A stretch of 20,485 nt of DNA from a virus. The stretch lies in UHGV virus genome UHGV-0139389; one strand, written 5' to 3'. The number at the start of each line of letters is the position of its first letter. Positions within the stretch are counted from its first letter, which is position 1. Shown here in pieces: positions 8,764 to 16,160 of this stretch. The notes below the pieces were generated by a model. That model did not search any database and was not told the origin of the DNA. It saw nothing but the letters and a program-made list of their open reading frames with translations. A program made the translations under genes and the position numbers.

Positions 8764-9049
8764 CGTTAAACTCTCTGACGAAGAAATAGTTGACTTTGTT
8801 ATTACCTACCATAAGGTCAAAGCAGGTATTCTCAAAAGGTTTGTTGTAGGCATCGTATGAAGTGTACGTATCAGCTACTTGTTTAGTATTGAGCTTTTTA
8901 CTTGATGGGTTTAAGAGGCCACCATACAGTTTCTTGATAGCCTCTTCTACAACAGACCAGATGATTTCGTCAGTAATTTCTTCGTACAGGTCAAGTTCAC
9001 GCTCTAGTGAGAAGTCACAAATAGGGAAGATAACCTGTACTTTGCTCAT
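8756..9049 (-). CDS. hypothetical protein, 97 aa
   Basis: ATG at 9049; TAATG overlap. Confidence 0.55.
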   Translation of the reverse strand: MSKVQVIFPICDFSLERELDLYEEITDEIIWSVVEEAIKKLYGGLLNPSSKKLNTKQVADTYTSYDAYNKPFENTCFDLMVGNNKVNYFFVREFNDE

Positions 9050-9444
9050 TAACGAATAACCTGTGTGACTTGAATTGCTTCAGTTACGGACAAATCACCA
9101 ACTTTCTCTTCTTTGATGAAAGTAAAGGTTAGTTCAACAGGTTCTTGCTCTTCTTGCTCAACTGGAATACCGTTAAGCTCATCAAAGATTGATTGGGTAG
9201 TCCAGTCTTCTCCACCATCTGGATAGTGGATGGCATAAAGAGGAAACTCTAAATTATACCAAGCAAAAACAGGACAACCGTCTGCATCATCTCGGCATCT
9301 GTGGAGGTACGTATTTGTACCTTCAAAATGCAAATGAAGATTGCCATTCTTCTCAAATAGAAGAGCATCTCGCAGGTCTAGTTCCTTATTTTCGCTGTAA
9401 CGACTGACATCAACTTTAACGTGGATATGACTGTTATTATTCAT
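9049..9444 (-). CDS. hypothetical protein, 131 aa (start trimmed from TTG 9468)
   Basis: ATG at 9444 preceded by GAGAGAGG with 5-nt spacer. Confidence 0.6.
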   Translation of the reverse strand: MNNNSHIHVKVDVSRYSENKELDLRDALLFEKNGNLHLHFEGTNTYLHRCRDDADGCPVFAWYNLEFPLYAIHYPDGGEDWTTQSIFDELNGIPVEQEEQEPVELTFTFIKEEKVGDLSVTEAIQVTQVIR

Positions 9445-9835
9445 AAAAACCTCTCTCTGCTTGTTCAATTTTTGCTCTTAAAGTTTCGCAATGCTGTAAA
9501 TGGTAGTTAGCTTCTTGTTCATGTGTTGCTAACTGCCTTTCCAGAACAGTTTTATAGTAACCTGCAAGTTGCTCTTTTGTCAATGGGTGCTCTGAAATAA
9601 TATCAAGTCCACTTTCACCAAGAGGATTGAATTGTCCATGCTCATTGACATTGTAAGTCTCAAACTTGAACATACCATTGTTCACAGACTCAATAGGTGA
9701 CAGTTCAACAAGCTCTACAGTAAACCGTGTATACACCTTGTCGCCTCTTGAAACTACATTGTTTCCAATGATGCGTACAAGTGAACCGTTACGAGTGTAC
9801 TTAAAAGTCCCAAAGTCACTAGCCCAAAGTTTCAT
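9437..9835 (-). CDS. hypothetical protein, 132 aa
   Basis: ATG at 9835 with TAAGGAG RBS. Confidence 0.65.
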   Translation of the reverse strand: MKLWASDFGTFKYTRNGSLVRIIGNNVVSRGDKVYTRFTVELVELSPIESVNNGMFKFETYNVNEHGQFNPLGESGLDIISEHPLTKEQLAGYYKTVLERQLATHEQEANYHLQHCETLRAKIEQAERGFYE

Positions 9836-9852
9836 AGTTTTCTCCTTAGAAA

Positions 9853-9875
9853 ATAAAAAAGGCTCCCGAAGGAGC
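9853..9875 (-). terminator. Rho-independent terminator after lysozyme gene
   Basis: Minus strand GGCTCC-TTCG-GGAGCC followed by TTTTTT, 12 nt after stop. Confidence 0.65.
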
Positions 9876-9886
9876 CTATGAAGATA

Positions 9887-10351
9887 TTACTTTGGGTATA
9901 CACTGTCAAGATAAATGTCAGCTTCCATTCTACGTCTGTTTTTCAGACCGTTTGAAGTGACCTTCTTACCTTTGACTGTAACCTTGTTCCACCACTGCAT
10001 AGCTTCTGCACAACCTACCTTATTACCAGCATTGTGGCGCTTGATAAATGTGGAATCCTGCATAGCTGTGATACCGATGTTGTATGTTTCACTTACAAGT
10101 GCATCGAACTCATTCTGAGTAGTTGGAACCTTGATAGCTTTGTTCACTGCTGCAACAAACTTCTCAACATCCGCGAGAAGATACTGTTCAGCTTGTTCAG
10201 CAGTAATTTTCATACCCATCTTAACAGGTTTTCCGTCAATACGGATTGTCCCATACCCGATTGTTGGGATTCCGGCAGAATCTTCGTAAGCCTCTAACTC
10301 CAGACCTTCGAAGAACTTAATAGCATCTAAACCTTTTCTTGAGAGTTGCAT
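9887..10351 (-). CDS. endolysin, glycoside hydrolase family 24 (T4 lysozyme-like)
   Basis: Motif FEGLELEAYEDSAGIPTIGYG (catalytic Glu, TIGYG) as recalled for T4/P22-type lysozymes; 154 aa. Confidence 0.85.
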   Translation of the reverse strand: MQLSRKGLDAIKFFEGLELEAYEDSAGIPTIGYGTIRIDGKPVKMGMKITAEQAEQYLLADVEKFVAAVNKAIKVPTTQNEFDALVSETYNIGITAMQDSTFIKRHNAGNKVGCAEAMQWWNKVTVKGKKVTSNGLKNRRRMEADIYLDSVYPK

Positions 10352-11484
10352 TACGCCTCCCCTGCTGGGTTAACTGTAACTGTTGCTGCATTGGATGTTA
10401 CAGAGCCACCTGCACCAGTAACTACACAGGTGTAGCTTCCTGCATCAGCAGCGGTCGCACCTTCTTTGGTGTAAGTTGCAGTAGTTGCATCAAGGATGTC
10501 TTCCTCACCTTTCTTCCACTGGTAACCTGTCGCACCTGTTGCCACAACATTCAGCGTTAAGGTCTCACCTTCATTGATTTCTTGATTGGTTGGCTGTTGA
10601 GTGATTACCGGAAGTGCGTTAACAGTAACCGTTGCAGGGCTAGAAGTGACAGAACCACCTGCACCTGTTACAACACAAGTGTATGAACCTGCATCTGCTG
10701 GCAGAGCACCAGACTTACTATAGGTTGCATCTGTAGCCGAAGGAATGTCAGAGCCATCTTTCTTCCACTGATAACCTGTTGCACCTGTTGCAGTCACTTC
10801 CAAGTTGATGTTTCCACCCTCATTGACGGTCTGGCTAGAAGGTTGTTGTGTAATCACAGGCAGTGCGTTGACAGTAACTGTTGCCGCATCTGAGGTAACG
10901 CTTGTCCCAGCCTCTCCAGATACAACACAAGTGTATGAACCGGCATCAGAAGGTTCTACAGACTGTTTTGTGTAGGTTGCAGATGTGGCGCTAGTGATAT
11001 CCTCACCATCCTTTTTCCATTGATATCCAGTGGCATTAGTTGCAATAACGCTTAGGGTAAGTGTACCACCTTCATTTACTGTTTGATTGGTTGGCTGTTG
11101 AGTGATTGATGGTGGCTTGATGGCGTCCTTCAACTTAGCATTCAACATTGAGAATGGTTTAACTCTTGCCAGCCATTCGCAATAAACTGTATCAACGTCT
11201 TTACCATTGATAATTGTATATTGTAAGTCCATGAAGAAGTCAGAAGTTCTCATTTGAGCACCAACACTGTAAAGCAACTCATCACTAAATGGAACTTTGT
11301 AGTCTGGTTTATAGTCAAACTTCTCAACTTCTGCAATATCAGCTTCAGGCCAATACGAGCTATAGGTAAGTGGTAAAATAGCCTCTTGATATGTTCTAAA
11401 ATCATATCTCTTACCAGCCTTTACGTTTGCAATGAAGCCCTTCACAAACTCTTTGAAGTCTGGGTAAGTCTTTGCTTTAATCAT
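10351..11484 (-). CDS. virion surface/decoration-like protein: N-terminal domain + three tandem Ig-like domains
   Basis: Three ~83-aa repeats each with GYQWKK...DAGSYTCVV (Ig-like I-set signature); N-terminal 120 aa paralogous to product of 11481-11852; function inferred. Confidence 0.7.
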   Translation of the reverse strand: MIKAKTYPDFKEFVKGFIANVKAGKRYDFRTYQEAILPLTYSSYWPEADIAEVEKFDYKPDYKVPFSDELLYSVGAQMRTSDFFMDLQYTIINGKDVDTVYCEWLARVKPFSMLNAKLKDAIKPPSITQQPTNQTVNEGGTLTLSVIATNATGYQWKKDGEDITSATSATYTKQSVEPSDAGSYTCVVSGEAGTSVTSDAATVTVNALPVITQQPSSQTVNEGGNINLEVTATGATGYQWKKDGSDIPSATDATYSKSGALPADAGSYTCVVTGAGGSVTSSPATVTVNALPVITQQPTNQEINEGETLTLNVVATGATGYQWKKGEEDILDATTATYTKEGATAADAGSYTCVVTGAGGSVTSNAATVTVNPAGEA

Positions 11485-11852
11485 TTCTTTTCAGCCTCTA
11501 AATGTGCGTTTAGTCTAAAATAACCTTTGTGATTCGGAGATACATCACCAACGACAATACCTTTAACCTTATAGCCTTTACCAATTACATACTGGATATC
11601 CATAAGGAATCTTCCAAGACCAACAATATGGAACATTGGGTATAATAGATTCTCAGAGTCTGGAATATTGATTTCAGGTTTGTAGGTACGCTGTTCGCTT
11701 GTTGGTGTAATATCTTCTTCAGGCCATTTACTGAGTCTCCATGTCAAAGGTGTTGGGATAACATCATTAAGGTTGTACCTTTCACCATTTTGCACGGAAT
11801 TGATATAGGATTGTAGGAAGCAATAAAAGTCTTTTGCACTCTTAGCTTTCAT
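11481..11852 (-). CDS. paralogue of N-terminal domain of the Ig-like protein, 123 aa
   Basis: Shared motifs WPExDI, YKP, LLY, F(L/F)MD(I/L)QY; ATGA overlap with downstream gene; AAGGA RBS. Confidence 0.65.
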   Translation of the reverse strand: MKAKSAKDFYCFLQSYINSVQNGERYNLNDVIPTPLTWRLSKWPEEDITPTSEQRTYKPEINIPDSENLLYPMFHIVGLGRFLMDIQYVIGKGYKVKGIVVGDVSPNHKGYFRLNAHLEAEKK

Positions 11853-11899
11853 TAAATATCCTTATAAATAGTTAAAGGGGCATCAGCCCCTATTCACAC

Positions 11900-12490
11900 T
11901 TAAGCTTTGGTCTTAAGTAGGTTCTTAAGTTTTTTAAGATTCATACTCTCATCAAACTTAAAACCAAATCCATTGACATAATCAATGAACTCGGATTTCT
12001 TACTGAGTGACAATGCGTAACTCATATCAAAGTTCTTACTTGTTTCTGCGTCTGGACTAGAGTTCACATCAAATGAAATTTCCGTAGGCTCTTGCTTACT
12101 TTTTCTCATATTATCAACCAACAAACATGTATAGTTTGCTGGATAGAAATTTACACTACCATCAACGTAGCTGTACTTATTATTATGGATAAGGTTGGAA
12201 AATACCTTAAGGAATGTTTCTGAGTCGTGGCAAACAAGTTTGAATTGGCTGCTCTCTCCAAGCGCAACTAATGAATACGGACTTTCACTATCAAAGTCAT
12301 AATTTGGATTCGATGACGTTACTGTTACACGCATCAAGTTATTAGCAATAGTCTTCTGTTTAAAAGAATTTGGAACATAGTGAAGACCTCTATCACACTG
12401 ATTAACTAATTCTTTCAATAGGTCATTTGCATATGGTGAATTAATTGATACAGAGCCATCACTATTGTAATTAAAACTTACTGTTAACAT
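11900..12490 (-). CDS. hypothetical protein, 196 aa
   Basis: ATG at 12490; hairpin AGGGGC-TGAT-GCCCCT downstream at 11874-11889. Confidence 0.6.
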   Translation of the reverse strand: MLTVSFNYNSDGSVSINSPYANDLLKELVNQCDRGLHYVPNSFKQKTIANNLMRVTVTSSNPNYDFDSESPYSLVALGESSQFKLVCHDSETFLKVFSNLIHNNKYSYVDGSVNFYPANYTCLLVDNMRKSKQEPTEISFDVNSSPDAETSKNFDMSYALSLSKKSEFIDYVNGFGFKFDESMNLKKLKNLLKTKA

Positions 12491-12717
12491 TTTTCAGTTC
12501 TCCTGCGATTTATAATTTTGCTGCAATAGAGAAACGAAGTAAACTCACTGGAAGAAACCATTAAGTGTTGTTCACTAGATTGAGCCATTGCCCTGAAATA
12601 CATTCCAGTCAAAGCATCATAGTGACTATTCTTTCCAATTGAGGTTATATAGCCATGACTCTTTGCAGTTTGATATAAGTCTATAATATCTGCGATTTCT
12701 AATTGGGAACTACACAT
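12484..12717 (-). CDS. hypothetical protein, 77 aa
   Basis: ATG at 12717. Confidence 0.5.
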   Translation of the reverse strand: MCSSQLEIADIIDLYQTAKSHGYITSIGKNSHYDALTGMYFRAMAQSSEQHLMVSSSEFTSFLYCSKIINRRRTEKC

Positions 12718-12860
12718 AGATAATCCTCTTGTCTTCTGTAATTTTGAAAGAACAGGTACAGACCAATTTCAGAGGATGAATAGTAGATTAACTCTACCCT
12801 TTTTGATTCCTTACAGTGATTGGTATTCTTACCTTTCTTCGGTTTATTTGATTTTCTCAT
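12699..12860 (-). CDS. hypothetical basic protein, 53 aa (start trimmed from TTG 12881)
   Basis: ATG at 12860 with AAGGAG 6 nt upstream. Confidence 0.5.
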   Translation of the reverse strand: MRKSNKPKKGKNTNHCKESKRVELIYYSSSEIGLYLFFQNYRRQEDYLCVVPN

Positions 12861-12959
12861 TAAGTCTCCTTTGTAGAACAAGGCAGACCTACAGCTTTAA
12901 CTAAGATGGTACAGTAATCCATACAACAAGTCAAGAACTATTGCAAGTTAAAAAAGTTG

Positions 12960-13000
12960 TTGACAAAGTACTTGACAAGGTGTAGGCTTATAAATACTTA
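12960..13000 (+). promoter_or_regulatory. Promoter-like region: two TTGACA boxes and TATAAATA
   Basis: TTGACA at 12960 and 12972, TATAAATA at 12988-12995; spacings not canonical so -10 assignment uncertain; divergent intergenic region. Confidence 0.3.
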
Positions 13001-13109
13001 GAAGATAACTTAAAAGGTTCCTCTAAAAAGGCTATTTAAACAGATATCTTTCTGGATATCTATCTTTTATCTTAAAAGCCTTTTAAGAGGTCTTATAAGA
13101 GGCATACCA

Positions 13110-13481
13110 ATGAAAAACAGAACAAACAAAGGCCAGTTTAAAAAAGGCCAGTCTGGAAACCCATCTGGAAGACCAAAAGGCTCTCGTAACAAAAGCTCAC
13201 TTGTAAAAGCTCAACTGACCATTGATAATTCTGCTGAGTTTGCTGCAAAGTTGTTTGAAGCAATTGTTACAAGGGACGCTGCTAAGCTTGCAGAGTTCGG
13301 GTTAAACACAGACGATGTAACCATCAAGAGCATGATTGAAGTCGGTAAAACTATCATGACCCACTCAGCAGGTGAGATGAAAGCAATTGCAGCAGACACT
13401 AAGAAGACTCCTGATAACGGTGGTCAGTCTCAGACAGATAACAAACCAACGTTCTCTGCTGTTGCAACCCTTAAAAAATAA
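13110..13481 (+). CDS. hypothetical protein with N-terminal GNPSGRPKG motif, 123 aa
   Basis: ATG at 13110, AAGAGG RBS; basic motif FKKGQSGNPSGRPKGSRNK. Confidence 0.65.
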   Translation: MKNRTNKGQFKKGQSGNPSGRPKGSRNKSSLVKAQLTIDNSAEFAAKLFEAIVTRDAAKLAEFGLNTDDVTIKSMIEVGKTIMTHSAGEMKAIAADTKKTPDNGGQSQTDNKPTFSAVATLKK

Positions 13482-13562
13482 TTTTAAAAGATGTTGACAG
13501 ACTCTATAAAGTTGCTCTAAAGTCTGTCACATCAAACAACAAATGAGAGAAGAGAGTAAAAT

Positions 13563-14978
13563 ATGAGCGAATTATTTAAACATGCGCACCTTCATGCAGG
13601 TCGAACTGAAAATGGTGCTGTAAACCATACTTCATCAATGTCTGCTCTTGTAGACTTTTACAAAGCTGCTGGTTCAAGCCGTAGCAATGTAGAAATCTTA
13701 CCAGACTTGTTCTACAAAGCTTTGCGTGAGGATGTTGATGTTGCAGTTCGTATTTTGCTTCATATGCGAGATGTACGAGAAGGTATGGGTGAGCGTAAAG
13801 CCTTCAGAACTGTTTTGCTTCAAGCAATTGAAGATAAAGTTTTAGAGCCTACACAGGTTCTTCGCATTATGGATAAGATTGCAGAACTTGGTCGTTTTGA
13901 TGACTTCAAAATCTTCGTGGGTACTTGTTTCGAGACAGATGCCTTCAAACATTTAGAAGCAGCATTACTAGACCCTGCAACAGCAGGTTTGGCGGCTAAG
14001 TGGTTACCACGAGTCAAACCACGTCATAAGCAGTTTGTAAAACGTTTCTGCAAGTTTGCCAACTTGAGCGAGAAAGAGTACCGCACACTGTTATCTGCAC
14101 TATCTGATACAGTTGAGCAAAAAATCTCTGCTAATGAGTTTGGCAAGATTGACTACAGTAAGGTTCCCTCACTTGCTGCTGCACGTTACCAAAAACTGTT
14201 TAACCGTAAGGATGGAGAACGTTACAAAGCTTACATTGAGTCCTTATCAAAAGGTGAGGCTAAGATTAATGCTGGTGCTGTTTACCCATACGATGTGATT
14301 AAATCTGTCAAGCATGGTAATGCAGATGTTGCTAATGAGCAGTGGAAAGCACTACCAAACTGGATGGCAGAAGGTGAAAACATCTTGTGTATGTCTGATG
14401 TATCAAGTTCAATGTCTTGGGTGAATTTTGGCTCCATTACTGCTCTGGATATTGGTGTATCACTTGCCTTGTATGTAGCAGAACGCAATACAGGTTGCTT
14501 TAAGAATGAGTTGATGGTTTATTCAACAAACCCTCACTTCATCGAACTGAGTGGTGATTTACGAAACCGTCATCGTCAGGTGATGCGACACGTTGAATAT
14601 GGCTCAACTAACTTACAAGCAGCTTTTGACCGCATTCTTGAGACAGGCAAAAGAAACAACTTGACTCAGAAAGATATGCCAAGTAAGCTTATCATCTTCT
14701 CCGATATGGAGTTTAATCAGGTTGATGGGGCTAACGGTCGTACAAACTTTGAAGCAATTCAGAGTAAGTACAAAAAAGCTGGATATGAGATGCCACAACT
14801 GGTATTCTGGTACTTAGCAAACCGTAATGGTACTTGCGAAGTATCTGTTAAGGATAACGGTGTAGCAATGGTATCAGGGTTCTCTCCAGCCACTTTAAAA
14901 GCTCTGCTTGGTGGTGAGAAGTTTGACCCAATCAGTGTAATGCTCAAAGCAGTAATGATTGACCGTTATATCTGGTAA
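13563..14978 (+). CDS. vWA-domain protein with helical N-terminal domain; candidate Ro60/TROVE-like (Rsr-like) RNA-binding protein
   Basis: MIDAS motif ILCMSDVSSSMS (DxSxS) and later FSDME strand = vWA fold; N-terminal ~280 aa helical with GMGERKAFR; resemblance to Ro60 (DVSxSM, FSDEM, MxSGF) is from memory, not a search. Confidence 0.75.
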   Translation: MSELFKHAHLHAGRTENGAVNHTSSMSALVDFYKAAGSSRSNVEILPDLFYKALREDVDVAVRILLHMRDVREGMGERKAFRTVLLQAIEDKVLEPTQVLRIMDKIAELGRFDDFKIFVGTCFETDAFKHLEAALLDPATAGLAAKWLPRVKPRHKQFVKRFCKFANLSEKEYRTLLSALSDTVEQKISANEFGKIDYSKVPSLAAARYQKLFNRKDGERYKAYIESLSKGEAKINAGAVYPYDVIKSVKHGNADVANEQWKALPNWMAEGENILCMSDVSSSMSWVNFGSITALDIGVSLALYVAERNTGCFKNELMVYSTNPHFIELSGDLRNRHRQVMRHVEYGSTNLQAAFDRILETGKRNNLTQKDMPSKLIIFSDMEFNQVDGANGRTNFEAIQSKYKKAGYEMPQLVFWYLANRNGTCEVSVKDNGVAMVSGFSPATLKALLGGEKFDPISVMLKAVMIDRYIW

Positions 14979-14996
14979 AAAGTTTTAAAAAGGGTA

Positions 14997-15025
14997 TTGA
15001 CAATGTGTTTGATACCCTTTAATAT
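14997..15025 (+). promoter_or_regulatory. sigma70-like promoter TTGACA-17 nt-TAATAT upstream of tRNA array
   Basis: Counted spacing; second weaker TTGACA at 15088. Confidence 0.45.
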
Positions 15026-15143
15026 GTTCTACATAGAAACGAAATGAGAGCTTTTCTAAGATACTGAAAAATATTTTAAAAAAGTTCTTGACAACCACTA
15101 AAAAATAATGTTAAAGTGGTTACATAGAGTTTGAAAAGTTTAT

Positions 15144-15220
15144 CTCTGTTTAGCTCAGCTTGGTAGAGCGTTCCGTTTGGGGCGGTAAGGCCGGAGGTTC
15201 AAGTCCTCCAACAGAGACCA
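15144..15220 (+). tRNA. tRNA-Pro (anticodon TGG)
   Basis: Acceptor CTCTGTT/AACAGAG (C1-G72), T-arm GGAGG-TTCAAGT-CCTCC, loop TTTGGGG, CCA encoded. Confidence 0.8.
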
Positions 15221-15227
15221 AATTAAT

Positions 15228-15305
15228 GTTCCAGTAGACAAAATGGTAAAGTCACCACTCTTTCAAAGTGGATATCTGAGGGTTCAAATCCCTTCTGGAA
15301 CGCCA
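15228..15305 (+). tRNA. tRNA-Glu (anticodon TTC)
   Basis: Acceptor GTTCCAG/CTGGAAC, anticodon stem CCACT/AGTGG, T-loop TTCAAAT, CCA. Confidence 0.8.
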
Positions 15306-15312
15306 GTTTTGA

Positions 15313-15385
15313 CAGAAGACCAATTACAGCAAACTTAATCTACTCATCTGAAAGTTAATCGGACAAAGAAGATATTTGGTCTGGT
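15313..15385 (+). ncRNA. Stem-closed spacer RNA element U1 (conserved 5' CAGAAGACC..TACAGCAA, 3' GGTCTGG)
   Basis: 5' AGACCAA pairs 3' TTGGTCT; member of 4-copy family with compensatory changes. Confidence 0.4.
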
Positions 15386-15395
15386 CATTAAGAAT

Positions 15396-15472
15396 TGCGG
15401 GTATAGAGAAAGGGCGTCTCACATGTCTCATTAGCATGGTATCGGCAGGTTCGACTCCTGCACCCGCCTCCA
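15396..15472 (+). tRNA. tRNA with anticodon CAT (Met or Ile-lysidine)
   Basis: T-arm GCAGG-TTCGACT-CCTGC, acceptor 6 bp with 1-72 mismatch, loop CTCATTA, CCA. Confidence 0.7.
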
Positions 15473-15478
15473 AATTTA

Positions 15479-15545
15479 CAGAAGACCGTTTACAGCAATA
15501 TTTATTAAATTTTTAGCGGAAAAATTGAAAGATACGGTCTGGTAA
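15479..15545 (+). ncRNA. Stem-closed spacer RNA element U2
   Basis: 5' AGACCGT pairs 3' ACGGTCT; conserved TACAGCAA after stem. Confidence 0.4.
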
Positions 15546-15555
15546 TACTAAACAT

Positions 15556-15632
15556 GGTTAGGAAGCACATAAGGTATGTGCGGTCGCCTGTTAAGCGAAT
15601 GGCACAGGGTTCGAATCCCTGACTAACCGCCA
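15556..15632 (+). tRNA. tRNA-Asn (anticodon GTT)
   Basis: T-arm CAGGG-TTCGAAT-CCCTG, acceptor GGTTAGG/ACTAACC (one mismatch), loop CTGTTAA, CCA. Confidence 0.75.
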
Positions 15633-15701
15633 AATTTAGGAGAGAAGCGATTGCTCACCGATTTGTAAGGTGCAAGTCCTTAGCCTGAATAGAAATCAAA
15701 T

Positions 15702-15789
15702 GTGTCGTTATCCCGTAGATGGTAGCGGTGGGGACTGTAAATCCCTTGTCATTGAGACTCGGTAGGTTCGACTCCTACACGGCACACCA
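15702..15789 (+). tRNA. tRNA-Tyr (anticodon GTA), long variable arm
   Basis: Acceptor GTGTCGT/ACGGCAC, loop CTGTAAA, T-arm GTAGG-TTCGACT-CCTAC, 85 nt + CCA. Confidence 0.8.
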
Positions 15790-15795
15790 AATAAA

Positions 15796-15873
15796 GGTTA
15801 TGTAGTTTAATCTGGTTAAAATACTCCCCTGTCACGGGAGATGATGAGGGTTCAAATCCCTTCATAACCGCCA
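15796..15873 (+). tRNA. tRNA-Asp (anticodon GTC)
   Basis: Acceptor GGTTATG/CATAACC, stem CTCCC/GGGAG, loop CTGTCAC, CCA. Confidence 0.85.
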
Positions 15874-15934
15874 ATTTTGAGAGGGCTATTTAGCCCCTCC
15901 CTTAAAGAGTTCTTACGAGTATTCTTTAAAGGAG

Positions 15935-16010
15935 CAGAAGACCAAATACAGCAAGAATGTATGAAATTTCAAGCCAATTCAATTTTGAAAATTTAAAACT
16001 TGGTCTGGCT
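15935..16010 (+). ncRNA. Stem-closed spacer RNA element U3
   Basis: 5' AGACCAA pairs 3' TTGGTCT; conserved 5' CAGAAGACCAAATACAGCAA. Confidence 0.4.
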
Positions 16011-16022
16011 CAACAAATTTAC

Positions 16023-16153
16023 AGAAGACCGTTTACAGCAAAACTTAAACAATCTATTTCTCCGGTAAAGAAAAGGCGAGGGTTCGATTCCTTCACTCGG
16101 CAGATGTCGAGTTGGTGTAATGGTAGCACTTAAGATGATAAACAACGGTCTGG
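16023..16153 (+). ncRNA. Candidate Y-RNA-like (YrlA-like) RNA: terminal stem enclosing tRNA-like module without anticodon arm
   Basis: 8-bp stem AGACCGTT(16026-16033)/AACGGTCT(16144-16151); inside: T-arm GAGGG-TTCGATT-CCTTC (16078-16094), capped acceptor-like hairpin ACTCGGC-AGAT-GTCGAGT (16095-16112), D-arm-like GTG-TAATGGTAG-CAC. Confidence 0.45.
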
Positions 16154-16160
16154 TAATTAC

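Noticed and set aside
4907-10560. Plus-strand ORFs of 60-140 aa antisense to the minus-strand gene block (4907, 5932, 6766, 7322, 8657, 8862, 9666, 9915, 10034, 10339)
   Set aside because: Each lies within a longer, translationally coupled minus-strand gene; no RBS support.
11862-11869. T4-type late promoter TATAAATA upstream of minus-strand genes
   Set aside because: The motif is on the plus strand, opposite to the flanking genes, so it cannot serve them; the copy at 12988 is kept only as a low-confidence element.
13211-14947. Several 60-68 aa ORFs inside and antisense to genes 13110-13481 and 13563-14978
   Set aside because: Fully nested in longer ORFs with clear RBS and motifs; typical shadow ORFs.
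16078-16127. Permuted or split tRNA gene (3' half upstream of 5' half)
   Set aside because: The acceptor strands are joined by a 4-nt loop into a local hairpin and no anticodon arm exists; a tRNA-like mimic module is a simpler reading than a permuted tRNA needing a splicing endonuclease.
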